Positions 1 through 11,955 of a stretch of 64,000 nucleotides of DNA are shown in pieces; within the stretch, counting starts at the first letter, position 1, and each line of letters starts with the position of its first letter. Under the pieces are notes generated by a model. It was not told the origin of the DNA. It saw nothing but the letters and a program-made list of their open reading frames with translations, and did not search any database. The stretch covers positions 17,422,001 through 17,486,000 of the forward strand of contig OZ365118.1 in the NCBI GenBank assembly GCA_977030845.1. Direction: 5' to 3'. The position numbers and the translations under genes were made by a program. This DNA comes from Fimbriosthenelais zetlandica. Lineage: Eukaryota.

Positions 1-742
1 AGTCTGGAGGTTGTTCAGTTCTATCTCAAGGGATATACTGATCTCAAAAAGAAGACAAGGCAGACCTCATCCTGCTGAGATATCCATGAGAGAAGTTCAT
101 TCTCTCATCTTTTTGATCACCTCTGATTCCCCGTCAAGCAGCGACCCAGGGATCCCCTTACATTATTTCCCCTGCCTCTCCACCCTGCACAGCCAGATCT
201 CAAAGGCCAATAACGGAAACATCGTAACCATCAAAAGGCAACTAGAGGCCTCCTCCTGAGCCTCCTCCCGCACGTCAGCACATCTAGTGGTGTATTTGAG
301 AGAAGGAGGAAGAAGAGAGCTCACAAAGTGGTCGTCTCTCAGACCCCCGACCATCCGACCCAATACTCCTCCCATCACCTGTCCCCTCTAACTATACTGG
401 TCCGTTGCCAGCCCATGGTTCAGCTGCTTACAATGGGTTGAGGTGATAGAGAAGTACCAACATAGCCACACCGCAACCTGCCCGTCTTTATCACGCCCCA
501 CCCCGTGTAATGCCCACTGGAGGGCTTTAAGGGCCCGCTGGGGACCGCAGTGGAGAAGGCTTCACTCGCTGGAGGAAGAGCAAGAGCAAGAGGCAGCAAG
601 GGAAGGAGTCTGTGGGACAGGTATTGGAGGCAGCATCAGCAGCAGTGCCGCCCTTAAGCACCTCTGTGTATCTCTCTCCCAGGCCCCAGGTGTGAGAAGG
701 GCTAGTAGAGCGATAATAGGGGACAGGGCGACTTATACCCAG

Positions 743-975
743 CCACCAGATGGAGCTCCATCCACCGGCTCCAGCCCTACACATCTCACACAGATTATGA
801 GATTAAGGGATTACCCCGCCATTATCTGACCACCGCGCTGATTGGCTGATTACAGGGTCACGTGCGGGTGATTTTTCTGAGGTGAATGCTAAGCGTTTCC
901 GGTAGTGAGTGGATGGTTGAGTGACACCTGTTGGTTGGGAGCAGCAGCTCTTCTCCAGGGAGTGGAGTATATATA
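743..975 (+). promoter_or_regulatory. Promoter/LTR-U3-like motif cluster
   Basis: CCACCAGATGGAGC (743-756, CTCF-like), CTGATTGGCTG (838-848, reverse NF-Y CCAAT box), GTCACGTG (857-864, E-box) and TATATATA (968-975). Motifs are seen directly; function is inference. Confidence 0.3.
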
Positions 976-1288
976 GCTGGTGCTCAGTGAAGCTGCAGGG
1001 AAACACAAGGCTGACTTAAAGGAGGACTTACTGGTGCAGAAATAGGGAGGTATACAGCTGACTGGACGCGAGGACCAATAAGGCGTGAGACGACAGGACC
1101 AACACATCATCAAGGTACGGTACAAAGATGGCTGATGCTCCGTCAACATTAATCATTCATACCTTATTATCTTACATTTAGTACCACCTTAACGTCTTAT
1201 ACTATACTCCACTTATCTACTATCATACCTTGTTCTAATGTGATGATCACCAGATTGAAGTTGACGTTCCTGGAAGACATTAGAAGAC

Positions 1289-1313
1289 AGTGTTATCAAC
1301 AGTGTTATCAACA
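1289..1313. repeat. 12-bp tandem duplication (CAGTGTTATCAA)x2
   Basis: Adjacent copies read directly: cagtgttatcaa cagtgttatcaa c. Confidence 0.85.
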
Positions 1314-1939
1314 TTAGACAGATTGGAAAAAATGAACATAATTATGGAGATCGAAAGAACAATCAGGTCTAGATTTTGCCTAGTATGTTCTTAGCCTTAG
1401 AAAATATGTTGAAAGACAAAGAAGTTTGTGACCAGAATTTCCTTTCTGAGAAAAGCATTCTTGGAAGAGAAACCTTCAGGTTTTTCAAAGGCGAAAGAAC
1501 TACAATCATGCCATCTTTCAATGATCCTTTTTTTCACAGGCTCAGAGTTCTTTCCAATGATTCTGCTGAAACCTAGACAAGTTTTCAGATCAGTTGAACA
1601 CTAATATTCAGTCTCTGGATGAACTGCTATCAGACAGAGATGACAGGTGTTTCAATTCACATGCCGGTTTTGGTAATTAGCCGGGAGCTGTGATGGTGCG
1701 AGGGTTAGAGGCATGAGAGCAAATGATCAGGTATTGAGGTGGTACCTCAGATTCTGGGCAACTAGAGAGAACATTCTGATGTCAATTACGTGAGTGAGAG
1801 TGGGTGTGTGTGTGAGAGCGAGAGCGAGACAGGGAGAGAAGGGTTTTAAGGGATTCCTGGCTTTAAGGTAGCACCAAAATTTATGGCCGCATTGGATCCA
1901 TTAGCCTTGCCAATGACCCACTTCCAGACAGATATTGAG

Positions 1940-2180
1940 AAAGATAGGTAAATAGAAAGACAGATGAAAGTAGAAAGAAGGCAAGATAGAAACCAGGGAA
2001 CGAAGTAAGGAAGGAATGGAAAGGTAGGAAGGATAGGAAGGAAGGAAAGAATGGAGGAAGGAAGGTAGCCTCGAATTAAGGAATAGAGGGAAGGCGGAAG
2101 GGAAGGGAGGAAGGAAGGCAGGAATTAAGGAATTTAAGGAAGGAAGGTGGATAGAAAAAGTGTGAAACATGGAAAAGAAA
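1940..2180 (+). repeat. Degenerate (AAGG/GGAA)n polypurine tract
   Basis: Nearly pure A/G sequence with repeated ggaa/aagg units. It explains the spurious L/P/S/F-rich ORF 1901..2239. Confidence 0.9.
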
Positions 2181-5028
2181 GGTGGTGGGAGTAGATGTTT
2201 GTCATATTGGTATTCCATATTAGGATGCAGTATGTTCATATGTCATTTAACACCCTGAGAGACGGGGATCAGTGAGATGGGTGAGAGGGGGATCAGTGGC
2301 AGGCAGTACAGCTCCCATCAATTTGTGGTTTGTTTGTGTTATGTCCACTGGGGATGGGCTATAGCCCAGACATGGCTGCATCCAGACCATCTATGGGATG
2401 AATGCTGCCATACAGTCATTGGTGATGAAGGGAATATGTGGAAAAAATGGAGCGAAATGTGATATAAAATACAAGTAAAAAATGATTGGGGTCTTTAAGA
2501 GGTGGCAGTGCTTTGGTTGGATCACTTCAGAAAGACTGTATGGATGCTCAAGCTCTGTCTTTTTTTCGCTAGACCACTGGCCAGTGGAGTGACTGGGGGA
2601 GGGTAGGAGCCTGTAGGTCACTCGTGATCAACTGTAGATTAGTCAGTGACCTATCAGGTCCATGGTGTTTACCTGGCATTACATTGAGGGTCAGATCTGT
2701 GATATCTCAGGACTGAATAATCAGAGCTGTCCATGGGGGTTCAGGCTGGAGAGATGAGTGGCTAAATATCTCCTCTCAAGTCCCCCTCAACCTTTCATTA
2801 GTCCTTATTATTATGGGCTAAAGCAAAGTGAACTACTGTGGCATGCTCATGGCCATAGGACATTACATGAATCAACTATCCATATCGCCTCTTTAGAAAT
2901 CACAATAAGGTAAACTTTTCAGTCATATTCTGTGAATTCATTAATTAACTTAGAGCTCCGTCTTTGCTCCATTGTACTAACAAATCAGTGAAAAGCTGAG
3001 GATACCTTGTTAGGGACTCTTTCAAACTGTACTGTCGGAATTATTTGCAACAGAATTCCCGGACACAATAGAAGCAATTCGTGTTCAACAAGTGAGAAAG
3101 GCTTTGTATTGAATGGCCGTCTGAGACGTGACAGACGGGGAGGGCCCAAGCAAATGCCACGAGGTTAGTGAAAGGTCAGACTCAAGATCTTTCCATCGGA
3201 TACTCGGGGTGCTAAGCTGTGAATGTGGGCGAGTTTGATTACTCTTGGTTGTCGGAGCTTCCGTGTAAATGTAAGATCACCACTACACCTAAACAAACGA
3301 GACTCCGCCTCTCCACTTCCCTATGTATTTTGTGAAAACGTCATTGCCAAGCTTGTTTTTGTGTTTTACAATAATGGAGAATGTGAGTGAGTGGCCATGA
3401 AGAACGTATCTTGAGTGAAATTTCAGAGTACCTCAACATTGAGGTTGAATTTCACTATATATGTTCAGAACAGAAAACTGAAACTGTGCAAAAAAATCAT
3501 ACACTCAGGTACATTACTTAATCTGAAGAAAGTATATCCTATGCAGCGATGGGCTTATTGAATTTCAACAAACTTTAGGGAGTATGACTATTGTAAGGGT
3601 CATAAAAAGCAGTGACATGCAGTGGCAAGGGACAGAGAAAGATGCTGTGAAATGTATAAAGTATAGTCCCGCAGTGGGCAGGACATCTGTTTCCCCATGT
3701 CGAAGCAGCCGGCCACCAATGGCAGCATCCACTGCCTTATGGTTAAGCAGAGACAGCAGATATAGAAATTCCAGTTCTCTGTTTTTCCCCATGGGGTCGG
3801 GATGAGTGAGGTATGGGGGAGAGGGTCAGGGAATCACTTGACCTTGTGGGAAGTCGAGGAGACTTAAAGCATTGAGGGGACTACTTACACAGCTTTTCTA
3901 TTGGTCAGTATACAGAATATGGACACGGGTTTTTTCACATTCAGATCTCCTGGTTTTGAACATAATGTGAACTATTTTACAAACTTAAAACTGTTATAGG
4001 CCTATTTTCGGTAGTGGGGATCCCATATCCCGCCAATATAAATGACTATGTAACTAATAGACGTCCGAACACATTCACATTAATTGAAAGGATAACCATT
4101 TTTCCGGGTTGTTGGTTGACTACCAAGTACAAGGTGATATCAGTTTCGTTCTGTATGGTTACGATGTATAACCTGGGCTCAGTTTTTTCCTCCGTCCCGC
4201 TTTTTCATGGGTCATGACATTGGTGTATAGCCTGGTGCTGAACTGCAGGCCCGGGTTGGGGCCTTATTTCTGCTAGTCCCATTTCCGGGTCTCTAGTTGC
4301 GGATATCCCCTTCCGGGGGTGGATACAGGAGAGAGGTTGGGAGGGGTATGTTGTGCTATTAATCAAACAAGGATTGGACAACAGGGAAGTAACAAAGGCA
4401 GAAGGTTTAAGAAAACCAGAGTGGCGAATATTCAAAATCCACAAACTGGTGCAGACAAATGTTGGGTCGAGGTGGGTCGAAACTCAAAAGTATTACCAAT
4501 ATTGGAGAAGTTTTATGAACAATTTTCAGGCGAATGAATGAAAAGTCAAATAGGGATCACCAGTTTCTCCAAGGTTCCTGGAATTACTCTCCAATCGGGC
4601 CTGGAAAAAGAAGGCCTGGAGCAAAAGGGGACGGGGCACGAAATTATGAAATGACAACAGAAATAGAAAAAAAACTCTGGAAACTGACACCCAAAGGAGA
4701 GCAAGGAAGTTGACCTGTAAAATGGAGTCTGGGGTTTGGGGACCTGGGGTTGGGGTGTCGATCTTCATCAGAAGGACATGACGGTTTACCGTAGATTCTA
4801 GTTGAAGTAGGGCGGATTTGTCGATGGAGGTATATGGTACTTGGGGATAGGGAATGGAGCAGGGAGCGAGGCATCTGCTGCCTGTATCAGGCTAATGTTA
4901 TTAGTGACATTACAGAAATCGATACAGTTGGCCAGGATCAAATTAAGAGTTTGGGTGAGCTAGCCCGAATAGGCCGACTCAGGGTAAGACTGGCAAGGCA
5001 GGTATATGTCAGGGTTGAGGAAGAGTGG

Positions 5029-5290
5029 CGGGGGCGAGAGGGTGAGAGTGGGAGGTGGAGGGGGAGGGGGGCGGGGTGGGGACGGGGGGAGGTATATCTA
5101 CATGAGGGTCAGAGAGAGCATGGAGAGGTCAGAGGGGAGGATAAATAAGAGGGCGAGGAAATGGACAAAAAGAGAAAGAAGTGGAATGGATTAATGGAAA
5201 AATGGATTAAAGGGGAGAGTAGGGGTGTGTCTTGAAGAGGAAGAGTGGGGGTGGTAGTGGGGAGAATGGAAGGGAGAAGCAGAATGGATT
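5029..5290 (+). repeat. G-rich/polypurine low-complexity tract with G-quadruplex potential
   Basis: More than four runs of >=3 G with short loops at about 5029-5092, followed by an A/G-rich tail. Confidence 0.75.
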
Positions 5291-7306
5291 AGAGGGGTAA
5301 AATGTACTTGCACAAATATAGTGGTTTAAGGTTAACTCAATCAATAACCCGGGTGTGTTCATGCATCTTTGAGTGGAGCGAGGTCGGAGTAAATTTGGCT
5401 TTTCCATGTAAATTTGTGGGCGTGGTAAGCGAGTCAGTCAAAGAGTGAGTTAGCAGATTAGAGTTAATGTAAATGGGTTGTACCCGGCAGGAATCAATGG
5501 TAATCTTGCTTCTCCATATGAGGGCCGTTGCCAGGCAGACCACAAGTCGTGGGTTTGTCGTTCATCCCCAAACATGACTTCGCCACCGGCTAATCACTAC
5601 AGAGCATGCACGACAAAAAGTGCATTGTCATGTTGCCGAGTGCGGGACTGTCATTTACAGTCACGTGGTCAACTATAGGAGTGAGTGCAGACTCTGTCAG
5701 GAGGGGGCGTCAGTGTGGTGGTGGGGTCACGCATGTAAATGATGACGTCTCGGCTTATAGGGTTTACCATGGGATGAAGGCTGGGGATACATTATGGTGA
5801 ATTCACCCCCATCAACCTGTCAATATTTAGGGGAATATTCATCGAAATGAAACCTTATGGATTGGAATTATTCAGCTGGCCGCTGGGGAAGTAAAGAAAG
5901 CATTAGACCTTCCTGGGAAATTTCAATTGACATCCACTCATTGCCTAATAAAACCAGTTCAACGGACTGGAGGCTGAGGAGGGATGGGTGGGATGGAAGC
6001 AGGGATGTAGCGTGGATGGAGTAATGGGGAAAGATGTTTGGAAGGTAAACATGGGTTGGGATAATCCTTCTCGTAATTCATTTAAGACCAAGGTGTACAA
6101 ATAAACCTAATTAATCAGGGGAATAGCAGATTACTGAAGATTCTCATTGAGGTGGCAATAGCAAGGGGTAGGATTTACGCAATGACAATGTCCATATTGC
6201 AATACATAGAGTGGTAGTCTGAGACCCAACCATTTACAAATCGATAGAGGAATAAATACTCAACCATACTTAGGTATTAAGTATTCGTGCCAAATACCCA
6301 AATGTATTCAATTCCCACTATACCCAACCCATTTATCAATTATGCTTCAGCAGGGATATATCGGATATCCAGAAACCAGATGTTCATAATAATATAAGTC
6401 ATACATTTTGAGATAGGTTTTAGATTATACATAAAACATCAGTAACGTTGATCATTAGTATGACAGAAAGCCCACATAGATGACGCATATGGTGAATGTG
6501 TGCCCGCTTGTTGATCCAAAACAGGTGGTAGCTTAACCATGTCTCTCATATATTAGCCCATATATATACAAGTGACAGCTTGGTGTGTGCAATATGAGAC
6601 AACAGGGGTGCACCGAGGCCATGTTGTGATCAGTTGTCTCAAAACAGGTGCAGAACTTCTAAACCTTAAACCCAGGTACATAAGCCGAAGCTACAGATAT
6701 TCCTGGACCATATGGAATGCAAGTTCCTTATCGAAAACTATATGGAACACCCCCATATGACAATTTCAGATGGAATGCGCATATAGGCCTATATATGAGA
6801 ATGAAATTGATAAACTGTCAAATATGGTATGGTAGGCCCACAGGTCAATTTGTCGTATACAGGTTAGACTGCTATATTATGGTATATATGTTGAACTGTG
6901 AGATTTGGTAGGATACATGATAGTGTCATAATAGTATGATATATGCCGGCTCAAGCTAACACGTCTGACCGGAACATGTTTATGAGAGGTTTGGTGGTGG
7001 AGCAGCTGCTTGGAGGAAGTGGGCCAGCTGCCGGTCATGAAGAGAGGTGGAAGTGAGCCAGCTGCTAGCCATGAAGAGAGGTGATTCACATTGTCAATCA
7101 CCTTCATCTGGGTTCATGGATCACCCATTCACAGCTCCCATTCACAAATACATCAACTATCAATCCAGCATTTCTTACGCGACACTCTTAGTCCAATGAC
7201 AGAGGCCAGCCGTAGTTGGAGCTGCAACTAGGTAAAATATCACTCTCCTTACAACAGATTGAAAAGGCTTCAATGCTTGTATCTAAAGCAAGCAGACAAA
7301 TGCTTT

Positions 7307-7410
7307 AGAGAGAGAGAGAGAGAGAGAGCGATAGGGAGGGACTGAGAGGCAGAGGAAGGCACAGAGAGAGAGGAAGAGAGTGTGAGAGAGAGGGGGAGCA
7401 AGAGAGAGAG
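7307..7410 (+). repeat. (AG)11 microsatellite plus degenerate GA tract
   Basis: Perfect (AG)11 at 7307-7328, then an interrupted GA-rich run. Confidence 0.95.
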
Positions 7411-7800
7411 AATTTCAATTCTTGTCTCCTAACTTGGTTGCAATAGCTAGGTCCAGTAGCAAGCAATAGGTCATTGAACCTATAGGTATTCATTTCGTGG
7501 CAATTGTCAGTAGCTCAGGTACTTGAGATGAAGCATGGTACACGATAAGGTCAGAATATAACACGTGTTCATCTCATCTGTTATAGTATTTCAAACCATC
7601 TCTCTCTTTCCAAAGTCACACGGTTAGATTTCTCCAAACCATAACACGCGAGTCGCCACCTAAGATGTGATATCCACCATATAAATGACAAGAGTAATAA
7701 ATGAGGCATGTTTGGCTTGAAATAGAGAGTGATAGTGCACTTGTAGCATGGGGTCATTGTTTGTTGGGGCCTACTGATTAGCTCTTGAAGGATAATAGAG

Positions 7801-7868
7801 TAACAATAGCTTGTTAACGCGAGCTGCTCGCTAATTAACGAGGTAAAGATCGCCTGATGACGTCATCA
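7801..7868. promoter_or_regulatory. Cluster of palindromic TF-site-like elements (Sox-like inverted pair, TAATTA, extended CRE)
   Basis: TAACAA-TAGC-TTGTTA (7801-7816), GCGAGC-T-GCTCGC (7819-7831), TAATTA (7832-7837), TGATGACGTCATCA (7855-7868). Confidence 0.35.
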
Positions 7869-10318
7869 TTGTGGGATGTTGTCCTTTTGACAGTTGTTCA
7901 TGGAGCGAGGAAATCAGAGCGTGTGAAAAAGACACTTGAGCAAGAAGAAAGTCATAAATATTTCAATTTTGAAATGGTTCTCCAATTGGCAGAGTTTGTA
8001 TTGATATTAAATGATGTAATATACAGTGTTTAGTGGGGGCGTGGACAGGCTTTGACAAACAGCAAACATGGTCTGTTCGACCATTGTGCTCCTGGTCTGA
8101 CTCAGCATGAAGTCTCACCCTCAAATTTGATTTAAAAAATGTTATCATAGTCGGAATTCATGCATCTGGTCGATGTTCTTCTGTGTGAATTCCTCCATGT
8201 GCTGTGCTTATTCTATGTCCATTTTGTACCCATTTATGTACATTATTTATTATTGATCAAGCACGTTAGTTTATTATCTGTTTTATGGGTGTTTGGGGAA
8301 TGGAAAGCAGGCTCTGGATAATTCCCAGACACGATTATTGATTCTTGAAGAAAGTTTTCCAATATAAGAGTGCTGGGAGCGATATAAAATAGTAGAGGTT
8401 GAATTCTAGGCTGGCCTGATATGAGGAATTAATTACATTAATGACAGGCTGTGATGGGAGCTTCAGCATAAACAGGAGCGAAGACGATCAAGATTGATAG
8501 AGAGGAGCAAAAGCCATGCTCAACAGCCTGCTCATTCCTTCTTAATGTGTTAATTAATTAAAGAAGAGCGGGCGATAATATGATTACTTGCCCTTAACAT
8601 GAGATCCCATATCAACAGACGAATAGATAAGGACTTGACTTTTGGGGATTGGGCGGTAGGGGGATGGGGGAAGAGGGTGGGGGGAGAAGAATGGGGGATG
8701 AAGCAATGGTAGGATATGAGGCAGGGATCCAACACACCAGTCTTGGTTAGCCGCAGATTGGCGGAAATCCGGTTAGCGTAACCATGGTGAGGCGAGCGAC
8801 AACCAGCCATTATCACCAATAACAGTCGGCCAAATGGAATTCCGGGCGGGGATATGGAGGCAGTGTTGTTTTATGGGCAATGAATGCTCGATATGCAATA
8901 ATATCATTGCAGGATTGCCTTCCCTGCATATTACAAGACTCGCGGCGGAGGGCCAACGATTACCACTACCGCTAGACAATTTAGCAAATGGCTCGATTTG
9001 AGATGTTAGTGAAATATAATGGTTTTCTTCACGGCAATGGGCTATCAGTGTCTCCTGTAATCCACTAGAGGGTCAGTAACATGTAGGATGAATGATACAT
9101 GTCACTAACAGATCCCTCAACAAGTCACTGGATGCAATGATCACTCCAAACAAAACTCTAAAGTGATTGCGTTTCGATGACAGTTTACTAACATTACTCG
9201 AGATGAAAATGCGGGAAGGGAGGACTGTAAGGCTTGGCGGTTCAGCTTAGCAGGAAATTCAAATGACTGTGATGTGCTGACAGGTAGCCTGAAGTGTCAG
9301 CACAGTGCTAAAATTCTACACATAATCATCCACGATGCAGCACTGTGAACGTTTAGAAATATCCATATTAGATTAGAGAAAGTTCAGCTTCTCCCTCCTT
9401 AAAATCACTATTTTAAATGCGATCTTTAAATAAAGAGCCATTATAAAGGTGTTTTTTTAATCAGAACTTAGCGATTTTACGATGTACCTGATTAAATAGT
9501 CTGTACCAATGTAGGTGATCTCATTCTGAAATGGATCCTTGACATATTTTACATCGAAGTCGTTTAGGACTCTCACTTTGTCTTGTAGGAGTTGCTGTCT
9601 ACACCTCTGTAGAGATACTTGGTAAAAGCAAGGACAAGTAATGTTGTTTGCAGTAAGGTGGAACCTTCAACTGTTTAGTGTTGTTGAAATAGTGCCTTGA
9701 CCAGTGAGGGCAATTTTAAGTATTCACCTCACGCTAGCTTACTTTAAACTTAACGACATCCTCGCTGCCACCACCTCCTTTAACCAGGCCACCAGATAGC
9801 GCCTGTACCTTAATGCCGCGTGTCACCACTGACGCCAGCTGAAAACAGGAGCTGGCTGGCCTGGCTACACCCTCCTGCGTGATAATGAGTATTCGACTTC
9901 ATTTACTCAAATGAAAGCTTGTAATGTAGCCGGTTCATGTGATGGGTGCTGTAAACAGCTGTGCGTTACGAGTAATGACTTGACACTTTCTGTCGTGTTT
10001 TCGGTAAGTTATTGGCAGTCAACTGTTGATTACCAATACAGACAATGGCAATATATCCATGAAATGTGCTTATTTGTGGTTTTTATAATGGAAAATTAGA
10101 CCCATCAGATGAAATTAAGATTCAACAGCATTTGTTCAAATAGCATGGTTCAATTATTCTTAAAAGCCAAGTGAAAGGCACCATACACTAGCCTCACAAG
10201 TCGTTTCTGCAGGAGTTCCCCCCTGCATGTGAGTCAATTGGATTAACCAATGGAAAGAGTACAAGGTCGAGTTCTTTATTTCTTTTTTCACTGACAGCCT
10301 TGGGTGCTTTGGGTGTAC

Positions 10319-10390
10319 CTTTAGACATATTAGCTTCTGAATATGTCAAATGGCACCAAAAGGGCAGCGCTGTACATTGCAGTTCAGCGA
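10319..10390 (-). other. Candidate 72-nt internal exon (phase 1-1)
   Basis: Acceptor tactcattcatttctcatcctgcag| and donor AAG|GTACAC. The only open frame reads xAELQCTALPFWCHLTYSEANMSK. No homology recognised. Confidence 0.2.
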
Positions 10391-11699
10391 CTGCAGGATG
10401 AGAAATGAATGAGTATAAGTGAATCAATCTATTGAATTGCCGTCAACGATAAATTGACCTATATGACATAAAAGTTAAAGGTACTGTAGCATGTACAGCT
10501 ACTACCAATACACATTTAAGGCCACGTACATTAGATTGATGCATTACTAACTGGACATGACAAGTCACTGTCAGGGGAGTTGCAACAGATCATGATGTGT
10601 GGATCAGTCCATGTTCTTTTTGTTGGTTACTCTCATCTTTGAGCGCTTTAAGCACAAAGCCAGGCCGTTCTGTATCCTGATTACCCAAATGACGACAGAG
10701 GAAACATCTGCAAAGGAATGCCTGAGAAAAACATCAGAAAGAATGCCGAGCAATTCTAAGCCAACACGCCACGTGCATGCCCATATTGCTGGAGCCGTTT
10801 AAGACCCTGTCGTGGAAATCAAGCCCGAGGCCATGACAGTGGGAATAAAAGTAGTAAAGTGGAATAATTATTCCAATAATAACATCTTAAGAGAAGGTGC
10901 GGTGCTCTGGTTTCCCAGTCGCAGACAACTTCTAGACATGCCAGGAATAGCGCAGTACTCTCATGATGTGCCTTTGTCTGCCATGCCCCAATCGATGTGA
11001 CTGTATGGTAGAGGTAGACTCGACGCCGACACAAAATACTCCCAGACTCTCCTACCGAGAGAGAGAAATCAGCACCGTATTCATGCCACATGAATTAGGG
11101 TCTCCATTCACAAAAGGTTCAAAAAGGGGTTTAAGTCTTTGTTCCTTTGCATTTTAATCATGAAAGAAGAATTGGGCAATTTGGGCCCAGGTGCTGATGG
11201 GGACAAAGGGAACTGGGAAGAAATGGCGAGTGACGGAAACCAAGGTATGGAATTTGATGTGGTATGCAAGATTGGAGAGTTGGAATGAAGGTTGTCTGAG
11301 AACTGCTGGAAGCTATTAGCCCTGATAATTGTCTGGCAATGATACAGGGAAACTAACAGCATCAGGGCTACAGGGGAGACAGCAAGAAGTCCTCCATTTC
11401 CCAATAGGCAAACAGAAATGTGCAGATTACCAATTGTAGCGAGAACTGAAGTAGAAACAAGGCATGAACTTGACATGTCTCCTCAAGAAGCAGGGAACTA
11501 GGACTATGAAGACATCACGTGTGGATGTATACGGTAAAGAAGCCATGGCTATATTGGATCTATTAATATCCAAAGCCAAAGCAGCCATTTTCACTGCAGC
11601 CAGCCGCATATAAGCATCCGTCTGAAGAATCAGTTCTTAAGCGGCTTGGCCGTATTAAAGGTAGTGGTGCAGAGAGAGGGGCATTGTAAAGGGACAAAA

Positions 11700-11871
11700 T
11701 GGAGAAGGCAGAGGCAGATAACGAGTGGTTGAGGAGAGTGGTACAGAGTGTTAGAGAGAGAGAGTGAGAGAGAGGAAGGAGAGATGGAGGAAGGAGAAAG
11801 GGAGAGAGAGGGGAAGGAGAGGGAGAGGGAGCTAAGGGAATGAGAGGGGGGGAGGAATGAGAGTGAGGAGT

Positions 11872-11953
<82 letters not shown>
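11700..11953 (+). repeat. (GA)~38 perfect microsatellite with upstream polypurine tract
   Basis: Uninterrupted GA repeat at about 11878-11953, preceded by degenerate GA/GGA sequence. Confidence 0.97.

Positions 11954-11955
<2 letters not shown>

Noticed and set aside
4319-4537. GERLGGVCCAIN resembling the LINE endonuclease GGGV motif
   Set aside because: No other APE or reverse-transcriptase motifs in any frame nearby.
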